A stretch of 64,000 bases of DNA from the human T2T-CHM13v2.0 reference genome, Homo sapiens: NCBI RefSeq assembly GCF_009914755.1, contig NC_060936.1; one strand, given 5' to 3'. Positions 41,434 through 61,157 of this stretch are shown here, piece after piece. Under the pieces are notes generated by a model. It did not search any database. It saw only the letters and a list, made by a program, of their open reading frames with translations, and had not been told where the DNA came from. Each line of letters opens with the position of its first letter. Position 1 is the stretch's first letter. Made by a program: the position numbers and the translations under genes.

Positions 41434-42090
41434 GTAAGTGGTGAACTTGGTGTCATTGAGCTCCTTTTTAGGGATTAAACCATCTCAGAATGCATTTGAC
41501 TCACTTCAGGAAGTAATGCTGCAAAGCAAATGACCTACTTCATACTTAATCCCCAATGCTGCAACTTTGTGCAGCATTTTGAAGAAGCCCAGAGGACCTG
41601 ATCCTAGACCACCCATGAGGAAGTAGTAAACCCCCAACACCCACAACACTGCCCCCACATGCAGAAGTGAGAACAGATTCAAAATTGTGTGGAAGTGCTT
41701 GCTGCGAGGGCTTTTGGCCTCTGCCTGCCCATGTTAAGCAACTTGGGCACACACCTCCAGTGTCTTGGCAAGAATCTCCAACTCCCACAAGAATGGGAAG
41801 AAAGCCAAAGAAGGCCAAAGAAGGCCAAAACTTTCTCCAAACAAGCTCAGTAGCAAAACTCTGTGGGAGAGAGAGAAGTAAGGCAATTGCCCTAGGCATA
41901 TTGGGCAGATGAGTCAGCACCCAGCAAGAGAGGAGCCTGTAATTCTGGAGAAGTTAGGGCTGGTACCACCATGGAATTAGGTGGAGAGGAAGAGAGAATG
42001 TGTACTCATCAAGAAAAATGGATAGTCCAGCATGCAGACATGGAAATGCCCTCTTCACCGTCCTTCCTTTCCTAAGAAATTCTGGGTTCT

Positions 42091-42411
<321 letters not shown>

Positions 42412-42585
42412 AAATTCTGGGTTCTCTGTCCACACCTGTAGTTAAACTCACTGAGAAGGAAAATACCAAGCATTGCACCAAAGTCTAAGAAATCACCACT
42501 AAAGAACTTACCCCTGTAATCAAAAACCATATAGACCCCTAAAAACTATGGATATAAAATTTTATAAAAGAAAAGAAAAAGAAAA

Positions 42586-42605
42586 TGCCCAGCAGGTGGC
42601 AGCAC
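42586..42605 (+). promoter_or_regulatory. Candidate CTCF site
   Basis: tgcccagcaggtggcagcac matches the CTCF core consensus. Confidence 0.6.
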
Positions 42606-43139
42606 TAGACAACTGAAGTAAAACAAGGCTGCAAGGCAACACGAAAGTTCATCTTGGAGACTTTGCGCTGTAACTTTCCTTGGTGGGATTTTATTTAGCT
42701 ATCAGTGAATATCTCATAAGAAGGAATTTGTATCCCAGCACCTACCACAGTGCCTGACACATGCTGGGTATATGTGTTGACTGAATGCAGGCAGGCTGGC
42801 AGGCAGGAAGGAAGGAAGGAAGGAATTTTGACAACTCACCTAAACTAGAAAAATGTCATCATTTGAAATGGCCATATTCTCTTCTTATCCCATCATTACT
42901 ATTGTCATTTTAATTAGTTTTAGTAATATTAATAAAGCATCCTACTAGATTAATTTTCTCTACTCACCCTTTTGACAACCTACATCCTTATTCTCTACTG
43001 AATTAAATTTTTCTCATCGCTTTTGGAGACTTTTATTAAATCTCAGGGTTAAAAAAAAAAAACTCAAGATTAGAAACACCACAGCTAGAATTCCAGTTTT
43101 AAAAGAAATTATTTGTCTTTGAATGTTGGTGTTTATAAG

Positions 43140-44420
43140 GAAGGCATTTATGAGTAGACTATCGTTCTTTGATTAGTTGTATTTTTTTTAACCAATGACT
43201 TGTTTGCAGACTGTGCTTAAGTTTTATTATTATTTAAAAAAAATTTGTTTTCTTTTATTGACCATCTCTGAAATATGCTATTGTGCAGTGGCTTGCGCTT
43301 TTTTAGAATCCTACTTAATAATAATTTAAGGTAATAAAAGTTAGAAGAAAGACTAAATAAACTAATAGATGATAAGAAATCACTCTGCCCATGCACTGTG
43401 CTATATTGGGTCAGAGTGATGACTTTCTATCACTTTCGAGATAGAGGAAGAAAATCCTCACCCTTTGCTTCACCAGATACAGAAAATGGCTACATTGGAC
43501 ACCCGAATAAGAGCTTCCAAATCTACCTATTAGAACGAAGGGTAGCCAAACTTTCCCTGAAAGCTAATGTTAGCTGAGCACGATGGCTCATGCCTGCAAT
43601 CCCAGCACTTTGGGAGGTCGAGGCAGGAGAATAGCTGGAGGCCAGGATTCATGACCAGCCTGGGCAACACAGCAAAACCCCCTCTCTAAAAGAAAATGTT
43701 TAAAATTAGCCAGGCATGGTGATGAGCGCCTGTAGTCTTAGCTAGCTACTCGGGAGGCTGCAGTGAGAGGCTCACGTGAGCATAGGAGTTCAAGGTTGTG
43801 GTGAGCTATGATTCCATCACTGCACTCCAGCCTGGGCAGCAGCCAGATCCTGTCTCAAAAAAAAAAAAAATGCTAATGGTAAAATTTTTGCTAGTAAGAA
43901 TAATGGCAGTTGATGACACTCAGTTGGAGCATGTAGTTGAGTTTTTTGAGGGCGGGTATGTTGTTTTATGTACTTTCATATATCCCTAGCATCTCACCTT
44001 GTGTCTGGTATATTTTAAAACCTCAATCAATATTTACTGAATGTGTGGAGACTATCAAGACATATGTCACTGAACAGTGGTACTTGAATCAGAGCCACGT
44101 TCTCAGCAGAAGAAAAGAATAGAATGGCAGATCATGGGAGTCACAATTCAGCAGACTTATAAGAATGGGCCCAGAGCCAAAATAATTAGCATCATCTGGA
44201 ATTGGTGACACCCTAGATTATCTCTTTCATCTTAGGAACTCCTATCCTCACCCTGTTCAGCTTTGTTACACATAGCCATCTTGCTGCTGCTTTTACACCT
44301 TTATTGTGTATTAAATGCAACTTTCCTGAACTTGAAGAGCCTCTGAGTTCTTCTTATCAATAAGGGGAATGTTCTGAGTTATCATGTGTCTCCCTAATTC
44401 TGGAGGAATAGTGTATCTAA
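43140..44420 (+). pseudogene. Two crystallin domain remnants
   Basis: VVFFLTNDLFADCA*V..NGYIGH..QIYLLERR; TPILTLFS[fs]VLNATFLNLKSL*..NVLSYHVSP*FW. Confidence 0.7.
43573..43870 (+). mobile_element. AluJ-like
   Basis: Alu consensus; TSD-like gctaatgtt / gctaatggt. Confidence 0.9.
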
Positions 44421-46480
44421 AAACAAGCATCTTACATGTTGATGTTCCCTGCATCAAGCTTAATTCCTATTCTATTTTCATTCTGCATGCTCTCCCCAGG
44501 CAAGTGCATCCCCACCCATAATTTCTAAACCAGGAACTGCAGATCTTTACTTGTGATTGCCATTGTTTCTTGAATTTCAAATCCATACATATAGCTAATT
44601 TCCCATAAGAAAACTCTACCTGGGCATACCATATATTAATAGCTACCTTAAATATATCATATCAAAGATCAAATCCACAGGCTCTGATTTAAGATGGCAG
44701 ATTAAGCACATTTGTTTATCTTTTTCCCAAAAACCATATTGAAATCATAGTAAAAGAATAAAAAGCATGTCAGGCACAGTGGCGTGCACCTGTAGTCCTA
44801 GCTACTCAGAAGGCCAAGGCAGGAGGATTGCCTGAGCCCAGGAGTTCAAGTTCAGCCTGAGCAACATAGACCTCACAAAAAAAAAAAAAAAAAAAAGGAA
44901 AGGTAAAGAAAGGAAAAGGTATGAACACTCCCCCCACCCAACCCAACCAAACAAAGAGAATGGAAGGGAAGCTAATGGAGGAATAGAGGTTACAGCAAAG
45001 TTCTAGAAGTCAGGAGATGGATGAAGAGGGATGACTGATGATGATCAGAGCTGATGAGGAAGCTGCAGCCTAGTACCCCTGAGGGATGAGACTACAGCCA
45101 AAAAGGGAGCCGATCTGTCTAGAATTAACTCAGAAATTTGTCTCAACTTGGAGACTACAGTTCTACAGAAGGCAAGAGTAAGAAACAGACAACCAGCAAA
45201 AGCACATTAGCATCTTCAGAGAAATTAAGAATGACATTGCATCCATAAAACAAGAGCAAGATAAAAGACATGAATGCCAAACGTCATGCTTCTCCACAAC
45301 CTGTGTCTGTTCCTGCGCCTCCTGTCTCAGTGAATGAATGCTTCCATCATGCACCCAGTTTCCCAAGCCAGAGAGTTGAAAGTGATCCCTTTATTCTTCC
45401 CTTCTCTTTATGCCTCATTCAATAAACTAAGGGTTGATTCTACCTCCTAAATATCCTTTGTATTTTCCCCTCACCTCTCTTCCCCACAGCCACTGCGTTT
45501 AATAGACCTTTCTTACGTCTTTCCTAAATTCTAGCAATAACATTTATCCCTGCTCTATCTCTAGTTTGAAGCCTTCCCAAACCTTTCTCCAGGATCATAA
45601 TCCCCAGTTTCAGTCAACCCAGCATCTGGCATACTGCCCTTCAACCAGTGAGTGTCTGATTGTCATTTGGATTGAGTAATACCTGACCATCTGTCCAGCC
45701 TGCAATTTTTACTGCTCCATACTTTCTTCTTTAAATCCCAGAAATATGGACTTACTTTTAGTTCTTTCTCAAAACATGTCTCCTTTTTAAAACATGTGCT
45801 GTTCTCCCAGCCCGAAACCCGCATTCTCGTTGTTGGCATAGAAACTCCTTCAAGGCTCAGCTGAAATGTTACTTCCCCTGAGGAAGTTCCCTAATTTCCC
45901 CTGGACTGACATGGGTATTCATACTTTATATGCCCTGGGAATATCTCATGTGCCTTCTCTACAGCACTTTTGTGTTGAATTGTAAGTTCCTGTTTCCCCA
46001 GACCCGACTGTAGCCTCTTTGAGGGCAGGAACCAATCCTCTGAGCTTGGTATCCCTTGCACATATGCGGCATAAAGGAGTGGTTATAATCACAGAATTCT
46101 ATTTTTTAAGATAGAAGGAAGCTCAAGAAATTATCTGTATAGTTCCTATCCTTGAGCCAATGAAATATTATCATTCTTATTTATTAATTGAGGCAACTGA
46201 AACATGCAGATGAAGCAATTTATTTAAGGTTGCAAAGTGAAGTGCACAGGCTTACGTGGGCAATGGGGACAGAGGCAGGGAGGGGAGAGAGGGTGATCAG
46301 AACTAACATCCCAATTTCCTTCTTACACAGTGCTCCTTCCACCTCGTGAACACACCTCTTACCAATCAATTGCCATTTACTGAAGAAATCCACCTTGAAA
46401 AAAGAAAAGGAAAGATAAGCAACAAAAATATATACATTGCCCAAACTGACAAGGAAATTACTTTCTTTAAAATAATGACA

Positions 46481-47170
<690 letters not shown>

Positions 47171-47833
47171 AAAATAATGACCATTGTTACCTGATATTTT
47201 TAACCTTAGTGTTGTTTCAAGCCAGGAGGGTAATCATCCTCTGAGAGTATAGAACCATTTATTCATTTGGAACTATGTCCCATACATAATTTCCTATTAA
47301 AACAAACTAACAAGCAAATGCTCCCATAGGCTGCCACAGTCAGTTCTTCCCTGTATTCATTCTCTTTCTCTCTCTCTCTTTCCTTGTTTTTAGAGGGAGA
47401 TGGGGTTTCACTATGTTGCCCAGGCTTGTCTCCAGTTCAAAGCTTCTCGAGTAGCTCGGGCTGTAGGTGCATGCCACCACACCTGGCTTCCTTGTATTGG
47501 CTTATTGCAATTTCTGGTGCATACACCAATGGTGGCAAGTGAGCCAAATATTATCAGCATTCTGGCCAGCCAAAGCCATTTTCTTCCCTGCCTCAGCACA
47601 GTCTCACATAGCCCACCATTGTCTTGCCTATTCTTGACAGTTTGCAAGATCTGTGTCTTCTGTTTCTTTTTTATTTCACTCGGTGCCCTATCTATAATTA
47701 TAATAGATACTCAAGAGATAACTTGTTGACTTGATAAAGAAAACAAGAACTGCAGAACACTCAGTGACTTTTTACACTTTCTTACCCATTTCTGTCTTAG
47801 ATATTGTTATTTGATAGCTCCTTCTCAATCTAC

Positions 47834-48048
47834 TTATAGCCTGAATCTATATCAGAATTTATGCAGATGAGTTGCATTGAGAACACCCATTTTTAGACTA
47901 CCTAATCCTGGTTTTTCAACCAGGTAGAGCCATTCAGCCAGCCCCAGTTTTGCTAGGTTAGCTCAGTTAATAAGAACAGAAGCAAAACTGATTAATTGGA
48001 TTGTGAATCCTAACCCTGGTTGACCAAAGGCAATAGACAGATGTTACT
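47834..48048 (+). repeat. Direct repeat copy 1 (crystallin-like remnant)
   Basis: About 80% identical by hand alignment to 51852-52065; QMSCIE..SWFFNQ..PSFAR..LINW..PKAIDR. Confidence 0.85.
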
Positions 48049-49154
48049 TTGTCCTTTTTAGAACCACCATGCAAATGATATAAATTTCCTTGATTCTGCC
48101 CTCTACTCTTTTCTATTTGAATATTTTCTCTCTGGGCAGTTTTATCCATTTAGCATCATCATAAGTAATATGCTAATGACTCCCAAATCTACAGTTCTAA
48201 AACCAACCTCTCCTAAGAGCTGAAGACCCCAATTTCTTAGGGCCTCCTACACAACCCCACATGGATAGTCTGATGCCACCTTAAAAATAAGATGTCTAAA
48301 ATAAATTTTAGCATTTTACTCGAATCTATTTCTCTCACTGTTAAAGATATCACTATCTTTCCAAACATAATGGCCTAGAACTCCAGTCATAATTTCAACT
48401 CCTCTGTACTGTCCTCCCCCCCTACATTGGGATAGCTCAGGTGGCTCCTCAACTCACAAGAAGTTCCCGTGTGGCCGTGAATATAATGCCTTCCTTTACT
48501 CATAAATCATGATTTTTATGGGGTCTGCCGAAAACAGTACCTCATTGCCAGGTCCAGTGACTAGTGCAATTGGTGGATATTTGGCCCCAGCCCATCAATT
48601 CCTCTCTGGAAACCTTCAGACTGGCCCAGGAGAAGATCCCATTCTTCTTGAGTTCCTCAGCTAGAAGAACACACCTCCTGAACCAACTATGGCCATGACC
48701 CTCAAGCTTGGAGAGAGTCTCTACCGCAGAGAAGAAAAAAGCCACATTCAGAAAGGGGATATGGAGGAAGAATGACACCTGAGGCCCTGATTCGTTGTCC
48801 CTACCTGGCTGTATCTCTGTCTTTCCCAAAGTTAGGTTCATCATCTGACTTTGCAAATACATTTTCCTTTTTTTTCTTTATAATGAGCCATGTTGGGTTT
48901 TCATCATTTACAAAGTCCAAACTTAAAACTTTTCTTTTTTCACCCATGCTTCCCCTTGCCCTGACCAGATAGGAAAAGATTTAATCAGTTGCCAAATTCT
49001 GTGGCTTCTTCCTCATAGACATCCTCCATATGTGTCCCATCCACTCCATCTAGCCCAGGCCCTGGGTTACAGTAATGGCTTCCTTACCACATTCCCAAAC
49101 TCTAATCTTGCATTCTCTAAACATCCTCCAATTGCCGTCAAAAAGCTTCTAAAA

Positions 49155-51159
<2,005 letters not shown>

Positions 51160-51851
51160 TTATTTGTGACTCTTTTGCCATTTTGTCAAGTCAGCAGTTC
51201 ATCTTCTCTCTGATCTATGAAGCCTGCACCTGAACTAGTTTGAGTCATGTTATTTGTATGACATAAAAATGGGGCATCTGATAACATCTGCTCCCTTTCT
51301 CTTATCCAAATCACGAATAGCGTTCCTCTCCCTTCCCTTAGTCACCAGCTTTTGAAGATTTACAATCTGTGATAGTAAAAAGAAATGGATTTTGAACTCT
51401 AAGCAGTCCAGTTAAAGTAAGGAAGCCACAAGAGAAGGAAACACAGAGTGAACCCTTAATAATAAGGACTTTTCTGTGTGCAGGAATGAGCTATGGAAGA
51501 TGGGAGAGAAGAATGAGGATGGATGACTAAGAGCAATGAAAGCTTACAAAGAAACCCAAGAAGGCGAAATATTTGCTTATGAATAAACAGGAAGGGAAGA
51601 AATAGCTTTCTGCCTTTCTTGTAGTAGATACTCAATAGCCATTTATGTAAGAATTTGGACAGTCCTTAAAAGATAAGACTTGCATTCTTAGAATTGAGAA
51701 TCAATAAGAAAAACTATTCTTTGAGAGAACCATGGTTATTTTAAGGCTATGGGATGACTTATATAAATGGTTTGACCAGAACTTATTTAAGCTCCTATCC
51801 ACATACAATTCTATATAAACTGAGTTTTAGAGAGTCTTTGGTTCCAGGCAT

Positions 51852-52065
51852 TTATAGCCTGAAACTATATCAAAATTTTTGCAGATAAGTTGCATTGAAA
51901 ACAGTTGTTTTTAGACAACTTTATCCTGGTTTTTGCACCAAGTAGAGCCATTCAGCCAGCCTAATATTGCTAGGTTCACACAGTTACTAGGATCTGAAAC
52001 AAACCTGATCAACTGGATTCCGAGTCCTCAACCTGGTTGGCCAAGGGCACTAGACAGATGTTACT
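51852..52065 (+). repeat. Direct repeat copy 2 (crystallin-like remnant)
   Basis: QISCIE..SWFLHQ..PNIAR..LINW..WPRALDR. Confidence 0.85.
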
Positions 52066-52668
52066 GATACAGAGTCAAATAATATATAGGCAACTGATCT
52101 GATATGGAACCAGAGAGTTGGGATATGGTAGTGAAAATTGCATCAGATTTCTGCTCAGAACAACCTGAGTTTGAATCTTGGCTCCCTTGTGTAGACTTTG
52201 AGCATATCACTCAATTTCTCTGGTTCAGTTTCCTGTGGCTGTGAATGAAAAACTCCATTTCTCTCAGATTCAGCTTCCTGTGAAAAATTGGAATATAAAG
52301 TTGTGAGGATTAAATAAGACAATGTATAAGAAGGTAACTTAGAGTCTGCAAAGTGTTATGTAAATGTAAGGTATTATGAATTTTTGGTTATGGACTTGTT
52401 AACAAAGTGATGTGTTAACATTATGCTTAAGCAAAGGGTTTCCATTATTAGATTTGAGAGCAGGAGAATTATGTACAATATATATAGAGACAGGATGAGC
52501 CATCCACTAATTCAATACTAATTCAAATGTTTATTGGCAGCATAGCATACTATGTGCCAGGAGTGTTTTCAGTGTTGGAGATACAGCAGATAAAACAAAA
52601 AGATTATAATACCTGTCCTCAGGGACAGCATACAGATAAACAATGAACTAGTAAAAACAAAGAGGGCT

Positions 52669-53014
<346 letters not shown>

Positions 53015-53632
53015 TCACTGTGAAGTTCACGTAGAATGATATTTTTCAGTTGCTGATGTCACAAAAAAAAGTGAAACAAACTATATATACACAACTAATA
53101 GACACTAAACTGATTTTTAAAAATCTCAGATTATCAGGAGGGAGTCACTTCTAAAGTCCTCCCCACCTCCAATCACTACTCCCCTGCCCAACCCACTCCC
53201 ACAAGAATTTTGACTGGTTAAGAACTGGATCGAGGCTGGACAGAAGATGGGAACCCCGTGCTTTATATCTGGGGTTAATGTCCATGATATGACAGAATGT
53301 GTCTTGGAGAAAAGTAGCCTCGGGAAGGGAAATAGAGACAGTCCTGGGTGGTGGGCATAGAAGACGGTGGGAAGGTGGCATCTAAGCCTGAAGGTGAGGG
53401 AGCCATCCACATGGAGATCTGGGGGAATCCCATGCCCACCAAGAGGAACAAAGAGCAGATGGCCCTGAGCTGAGAGCACATCTAGTGTGCACGGGAGAGA
53501 GCAAGGGGGTCAAGGAGGCCACGGAGGAATAAAGGGCGGGGTGGTGGTGGCAGGAAAAGGTTAATAAAAAAGAAGATCAGAGGTAACTGGGCCAGATGGG
53601 GTGGGGAGAGCCACGAAAGACACTGAACGTCA

Positions 53633-53985
53633 TGTTGTAGGACCTTCTTCTTGGTTCAGCTGAAAGCCAGGTTCTTGTCACAAGGCCATGAGAGATTCGG
53701 TTCGCATACAATTTGAATGGCGAGAAAAATGGAATATATTGGGCAAAAAAGAAAAAAAAAAGGAAGGGGGCGGAAACAGGAACTCTCAGCTGAGCGAGAG
53801 TCTTGTTAGCGGCTTTTTCTGCCTCACAGATTGAATCCCAGGTACCACCCCGGACCAGGTGGGGCCAGGCTCCTCCCACCTGCAAATGGCGGGAACCTCC
53901 CCAGGCTCCACCCCAGTGCGCATTCCTCCCAGTGCGCAGACAGGTCGGAGGTTCTGCAGGGAGCCCTTCCCACCTGGCTGTCTCT
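53633..53985 (-). mobile_element. ERV1-class LTR inserted in an L2 (~53280-54350)
   Basis: tgttgtaggacc..ttcagctgaaag end; L2 text continues on both sides; subfamily uncertain. Confidence 0.65.
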
Positions 53986-54852
53986 CTTACTCTGGGTGAG
54001 ATGGGGAGCTGTCGAAAGACGTTGAGCAGAAGAGTAGCATGATCTGAATGCTCTCCAGGATAACTCAGGCCACTGTGTTGAGAACAGACTGCAAGGAGCA
54101 AGCACAGAGCAGAAAGCCCAGTGAAAAGCCATAGAAATAATCCAGGGTAGAGGTGGGGACCTGGACCAGGATGGGAGTGGTGTTCATGGGAAGTGGTTGG
54201 ATTTGGTATGTTGTTTGCAGGTAAAACCAACAGGATTTGCTGACAAATTGGATGTGAGGTGTAAGAGAGAGGGAGGTATATAGATAGATTCCAAGCTTTT
54301 CAGCCTGAACAGCTGGAAGGGTCAATTGGCATTGACTGAAACAAAGGTGAGCAGGAATTGGCTTGAGTGGGATTAGCTTGAGAAGTCAAGGATCATTTTT
54401 CCACTTCCTTCTATTGTGGTAAGTGAGGGAGTCAGGATTTAATGAGCAAAGAAGGAGAAAGAATTTAGCCAATTGGAATGAAAATGGCATTCCAAGAGTA
54501 GGTGAGAACATAGATGCAAAATATGAGGGTGAATGATGGGCCCACCTAGTGAGTTTGCTGGAACGGCTTAGAGCAGATGGTTGAGTTGAGGAGTAGGGAG
54601 GAGAAGGCAGGAAGTTGAGGGAGCACAAGATGAAGACTTGTATCTTGTTGTTTTAAGATTCCATCACTGAGGCCACAGGAGCAGGCAGGAGGTAAAAAAC
54701 AGGTGGTAGACGATATCCTGTTGGTTGTAGTCTTGAGATGTGTGAGTGAAGAGCAAGGTAAGAATTTCAACAAAGACAACAAAGGTAAAAAGAAAATATC
54801 AGTCTATGGCATATAGATGGGGAGAAATCTTAAGAAAAAAAGGCTGGATTTA

Positions 54853-57145
<2,293 letters not shown>

Positions 57146-57155
57146 AAATTTTAAA

Positions 57156-57320
57156 GTGGTATTGTCCATATCAGTGTTTGAGGTAGAAACACTGTGGAGT
57201 TGCTGAATGGACAAATGAATGATGCTAACGGGTGAAGGAAGATAACAGACTGGAAAGAAATTAGATGAATGGCCTGGCTCTCTCAAGTTTTCTTCCAGCT
57301 CTACAAGTCCTTGAACTATG
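57156..57320 (+). pseudogene. Crystallin motif remnant
   Basis: [25 protein letters not shown] (one change each from GPW). Confidence 0.65.
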
Positions 57321-58101
57321 GAGGATATCTTTAAGGAAGTGCAAAGGAAACAGGAAGGAAGCAAAAGTAGGAATTCCTTAGGAAGTTCAGAAGAGGAAAG
57401 CTGGAGAATCTGGCCCATTGTATGACAAACAGGAAGTTATTTAAAGCAGGGTTTTGAAACTGTGAACCTCTAAATGGCTTACAAAAATCCAAGAGCACTC
57501 ATAAAATTGTATACAAAACATGTCTCCATATCTGCATGTGCAATTTTCTAGGCAATAGTTTCTATCGTATTTGAAAAGGAACTTATAACTTTTACATAGT
57601 TAGGAAACACTGATTGCAGAAACAGATGAGTCTACAGATAATCTAGACTTACTTCCTCAGTTTTCAAATGAAGACATCAAGGCCCAAAGATGTTATGGAA
57701 CCTGCTAAATTGCAAACACAATCAATTAGGTGACAAGAGGGCACAAGACTCAGGTCTCTCAATTCCCCTTCTAGTGTTCTTTGCTGTGCCACAATACCTT
57801 CCTGAAATTCAGTTATAAAATACTGTGTGAAGAAAAAAAGAAATGTTTAATATCTTGGAAAATAGAAGAGAAAATCTAAACTGATAACATAGGTAAATGC
57901 AATAGAATCTCAAGGCTAAAGGAGCCTCAAAAGGCCCACTGAACAGTTCCCTGACTTCAGGCAAAAATCCTGTAAACATCCTGGAATGATTATTTTTCAA
58001 GATGGTTAAGGAATATGAAAGAAAGAGTCAAAATAATTATTCAGCACTTAACTTAGAAACAAAATACTAGATTATCTTTATTCATAAACATAAGCATGAA
58101 T

Positions 58102-58443
58102 ATAGTTGTCTCTTGGTATCTGTGGGGGATTGGTTCCAGGGCACCCACTGATACCAAAATCCACACATGCTCAAGTCCCTTAAATAAAATAAAATGGCAT
58201 AGTACCTGCATACAACCTCCACACATCCTCTTGTTTACTTTAAATCATCTCTAGATTCTTTATAATGCCTAATACAAAGTCTACACATCACTTCATTTGC
58301 ATGGATTCAATGTAGTACTTGGCATACAGCAAATTCAAGTTTGCTTTTTGAAACTTTGTGGAATATATTTTTCCAAATATTTTCAATTTCTTGGTTGGCT
58401 GAATCCACAGAAGCAGAACCCACTCATATGGAGGGCCGACTGT
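58102..58443. mobile_element. MER2/Tigger-type DNA transposon
   Basis: gggggattggttccagg..gagggccgactg with TA flanks. Confidence 0.82.
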
Positions 58444-59130
58444 ATATATCAAAGTTGCTCACAAGAAAGAATTTAAAAATAAAGGCATAAACTGACAACC
58501 TATCAAAATCCAATGCTCAATTATGATGCAAAATGAAAACAGAAACATGGTATGTTTTTTAATAACTGCCGAGATAACAAAGTATGGTGAACATTTGATT
58601 ATCTCTCCCAATGTGAGTTTAAGGACAAATTAAGTAAATTAATTGCACAATCTATAGTCCTTAACTTAGGCAATTAGTCAACTTTTGTTCAGAGAACATC
58701 AGACTGTTAGGATACCTGAGTTAAATTTCTTGCAACCACCACTAATTTCTGGGCTTGGACAAGTCACTTTCTCTAGTTCTCAGTTTCCTCCATCTTCACA
58801 GTGGAAAAAGGTTAATCTTGGACAAGGGTTTTCAAACTTGTTTTGTCTTTTCTGTTTTTTTTAAATTCGATTTTTTGTTGTTGTTGTTACCACCCACACA
58901 GTAAGACATATATTTCCTGTTATCTGCATCCATAAACATATATGCCCATAACTGAAATAAAAGTTTCGCAAGACAGTATTGATGCTCAGTATATTCAGTG
59001 CACTCTCATATTTTCTATTCTATGAGATTATGTCCTGTTTTTAAAAAAATGTAGGTTATTACTCATCACATTGATTTAATAACCTATGCATGGGTCACAA
59101 TCTACAGGTTAAAAAACATGAATATCACTT

Positions 59131-59450
59131 GTAGTTTTCATATTCTACCAATAAACTCTCTGCAAGAACCACAAGTCAATAGTACAATTTACCTGAATTT
59201 CTATTTTCTCCCTTCCTATGCCAGAGGTGATAATGGGCGGTGACAAAGAATTACAAGTAGAGAAAGGGTAAATAAGTGCTTTGAGCATCCATCAAAGGAA
59301 ATTCTGCCAGTAAGTAATTTAACATTAACCAGAGAGAATGACAGGACATCCACAACTGGAAACACAGGACATCCAGAGTTGGAAAGTTTTCACTGACTTT
59401 TTTTTTTTAACCTGCCTATGAACTGTTCGAGTTTTGAGAGTTTCCCAAGA
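59131..59450 (+). pseudogene. Crystallin motif remnant
   Basis: FIFYQ*TLCK; HPQLETQDIQSWKVF[fs in T-run]PAYELFEF. Confidence 0.6.
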
Positions 59451-61157
59451 AAATGTTTGAGAGAAGGTGGGGATGGAAAGAAGGAGAGGGAAGGGGGAGA
59501 AAAGGAAAGGAGGAAAAACAGGTGAATGTTCAAGTGTTGGTGGGTAGTGTTGACCCCCTACACTAGCGCAAGCCTCAGTCCATGCAAAAACCCCCTCTAC
59601 ACATGTGAGACAGGACCTTCTGGGCCGTGTCAGCACCCTGCACTGCCAGAACACTTCCTATAAATCAAAACCTGACTGTTATATGTCTACTAAAGATTCT
59701 TCAGTGCCTTCTCAGCCTCTATAGGGTAAAGTGCAAACTCTTCAGCACGGCACACCAACCATTCGTGATCTGGTGGCATTTTTCCCTTTTCCCCAAAACC
59801 ATCCACAACCACAATGGTACACACACTGTCACTAGTTGCATAGAGTCCTTAAAGTTCTCCAAACACCCCTTCCCATGCTGCTTTGATTTTGTTTCCACTC
59901 TTCTCTCAACAGCTTAATAGAAGCATATTCTTTACTTCCTAGCGATGTACTTGTACTTCCTGTTAAGACAGCACATCTAAAATGACTTCAGTTCCCAAAA
60001 GCTCTGGAATCATGTTTTGTTTTTTCTGCTTATTTTGGGGTTTCATTGGGCTCTCCTCTATTCATTTTCTTTTCTTTTCTTTTCTTTTTTTTTTAGACGG
60101 AGTCTCGCTCTGTCTCCCAGGCTGGAGTGCAGTGGTGCGATCTCGGCTCACTGCAACCTCTGCCTCACTGCAACCTCTGCCTCCCAGGTTCAAGAATACC
60201 CTCCGCTCTGCCTCCCTCTTCTAGTCCTTCAATTCGCAGCACATGTATCCCTTTTCTTTCATTCCCACCTGGTCCATGGTCTTCCAACGCTGTGCTCACC
60301 CAAATCACAGATGTTGATGCCAAGTATTGCAACACATCGCATCTGCTCATCTTCCCCACTTGACCCTGAGTTGGACACAGGATGGTGTCCATCCTGTTCA
60401 AGGTGAGCCGTGTCCAACACACTGTAGGAATGCCATGGAATCCCATAAGTATTTGTTAGCTGAGTATTGAAGGACTCTCCTATATTCTACCTGTCCTAGC
60501 TGCTGTCCTAGCTACCTATGCCTGGAAGCTCTGAACCTCAGCTATGACGGTTGGCAGTCAAGTGTGATCAGATTAAGCAGATAATCTCTAGTCTTCTGAC
60601 AAAACTTTAGCAAAAACTTCACATAAAAAGTAAAGTATGATTCTTTACCCATTAAAAAAAAATGATAATGATTAAGCGGAATGGGAACATTGGCAGCCAA
60701 TCAAGAGAATGTTATCTTCCTAAATGGCCCTTCCAAAACAACTTGAAATTAAAAGTGAAAAAAAAAAAAAAACTCAGAAAACAGAAAACCACAGTGAAGG
60801 GTGAACAGATTTTAAGAAATTTCATCTTTGGACTATATCCCTTTTATTAGTGGAAAACAGAGGTAAATGTGGCTAATTGTAAAAATCATCTGTGTGAAGG
60901 AAGGCAAAGCACCTCTAAAACTCAAAGATACATTCCTACCTTGATTAGTAAAAGAGTACAATTTCACTCAAACAATAAATCACTGGTGTGAGGAGCAAGT
61001 CACATGGGCTCATATAGTTCATTTTTTTAATATTAGAAATAAAACAAGAAACGGTTAATTAAATCTAACAAGGGATAATGATAAGAGGACGAAAGATAAT
61101 GAATGTTATCCCAAAGAAAGGAAAAAATGAAATATTGCATTTTAGAAAATGAACACA

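Noticed and set aside
43379-43470. Hairpin plus GTGATGA box C (snoRNA-like)
   Set aside because: No convincing box D or terminal stem, and it lies within the coding relic.
47952-48025. tRNA/SINE-like start (gctaggttagctcagtt)
   Set aside because: No B box or cloverleaf, and not kept in the second repeat copy.
47834-48048. Fibronectin type III interpretation of the duplicated segment
   Set aside because: Tyr-to-Trp spacing is too short and it needs a shared frameshift; the crystallin reading fits in one frame.
53577-54230. 217-aa minus-strand ORF
   Set aside because: Composite of L2 and LTR sequence.
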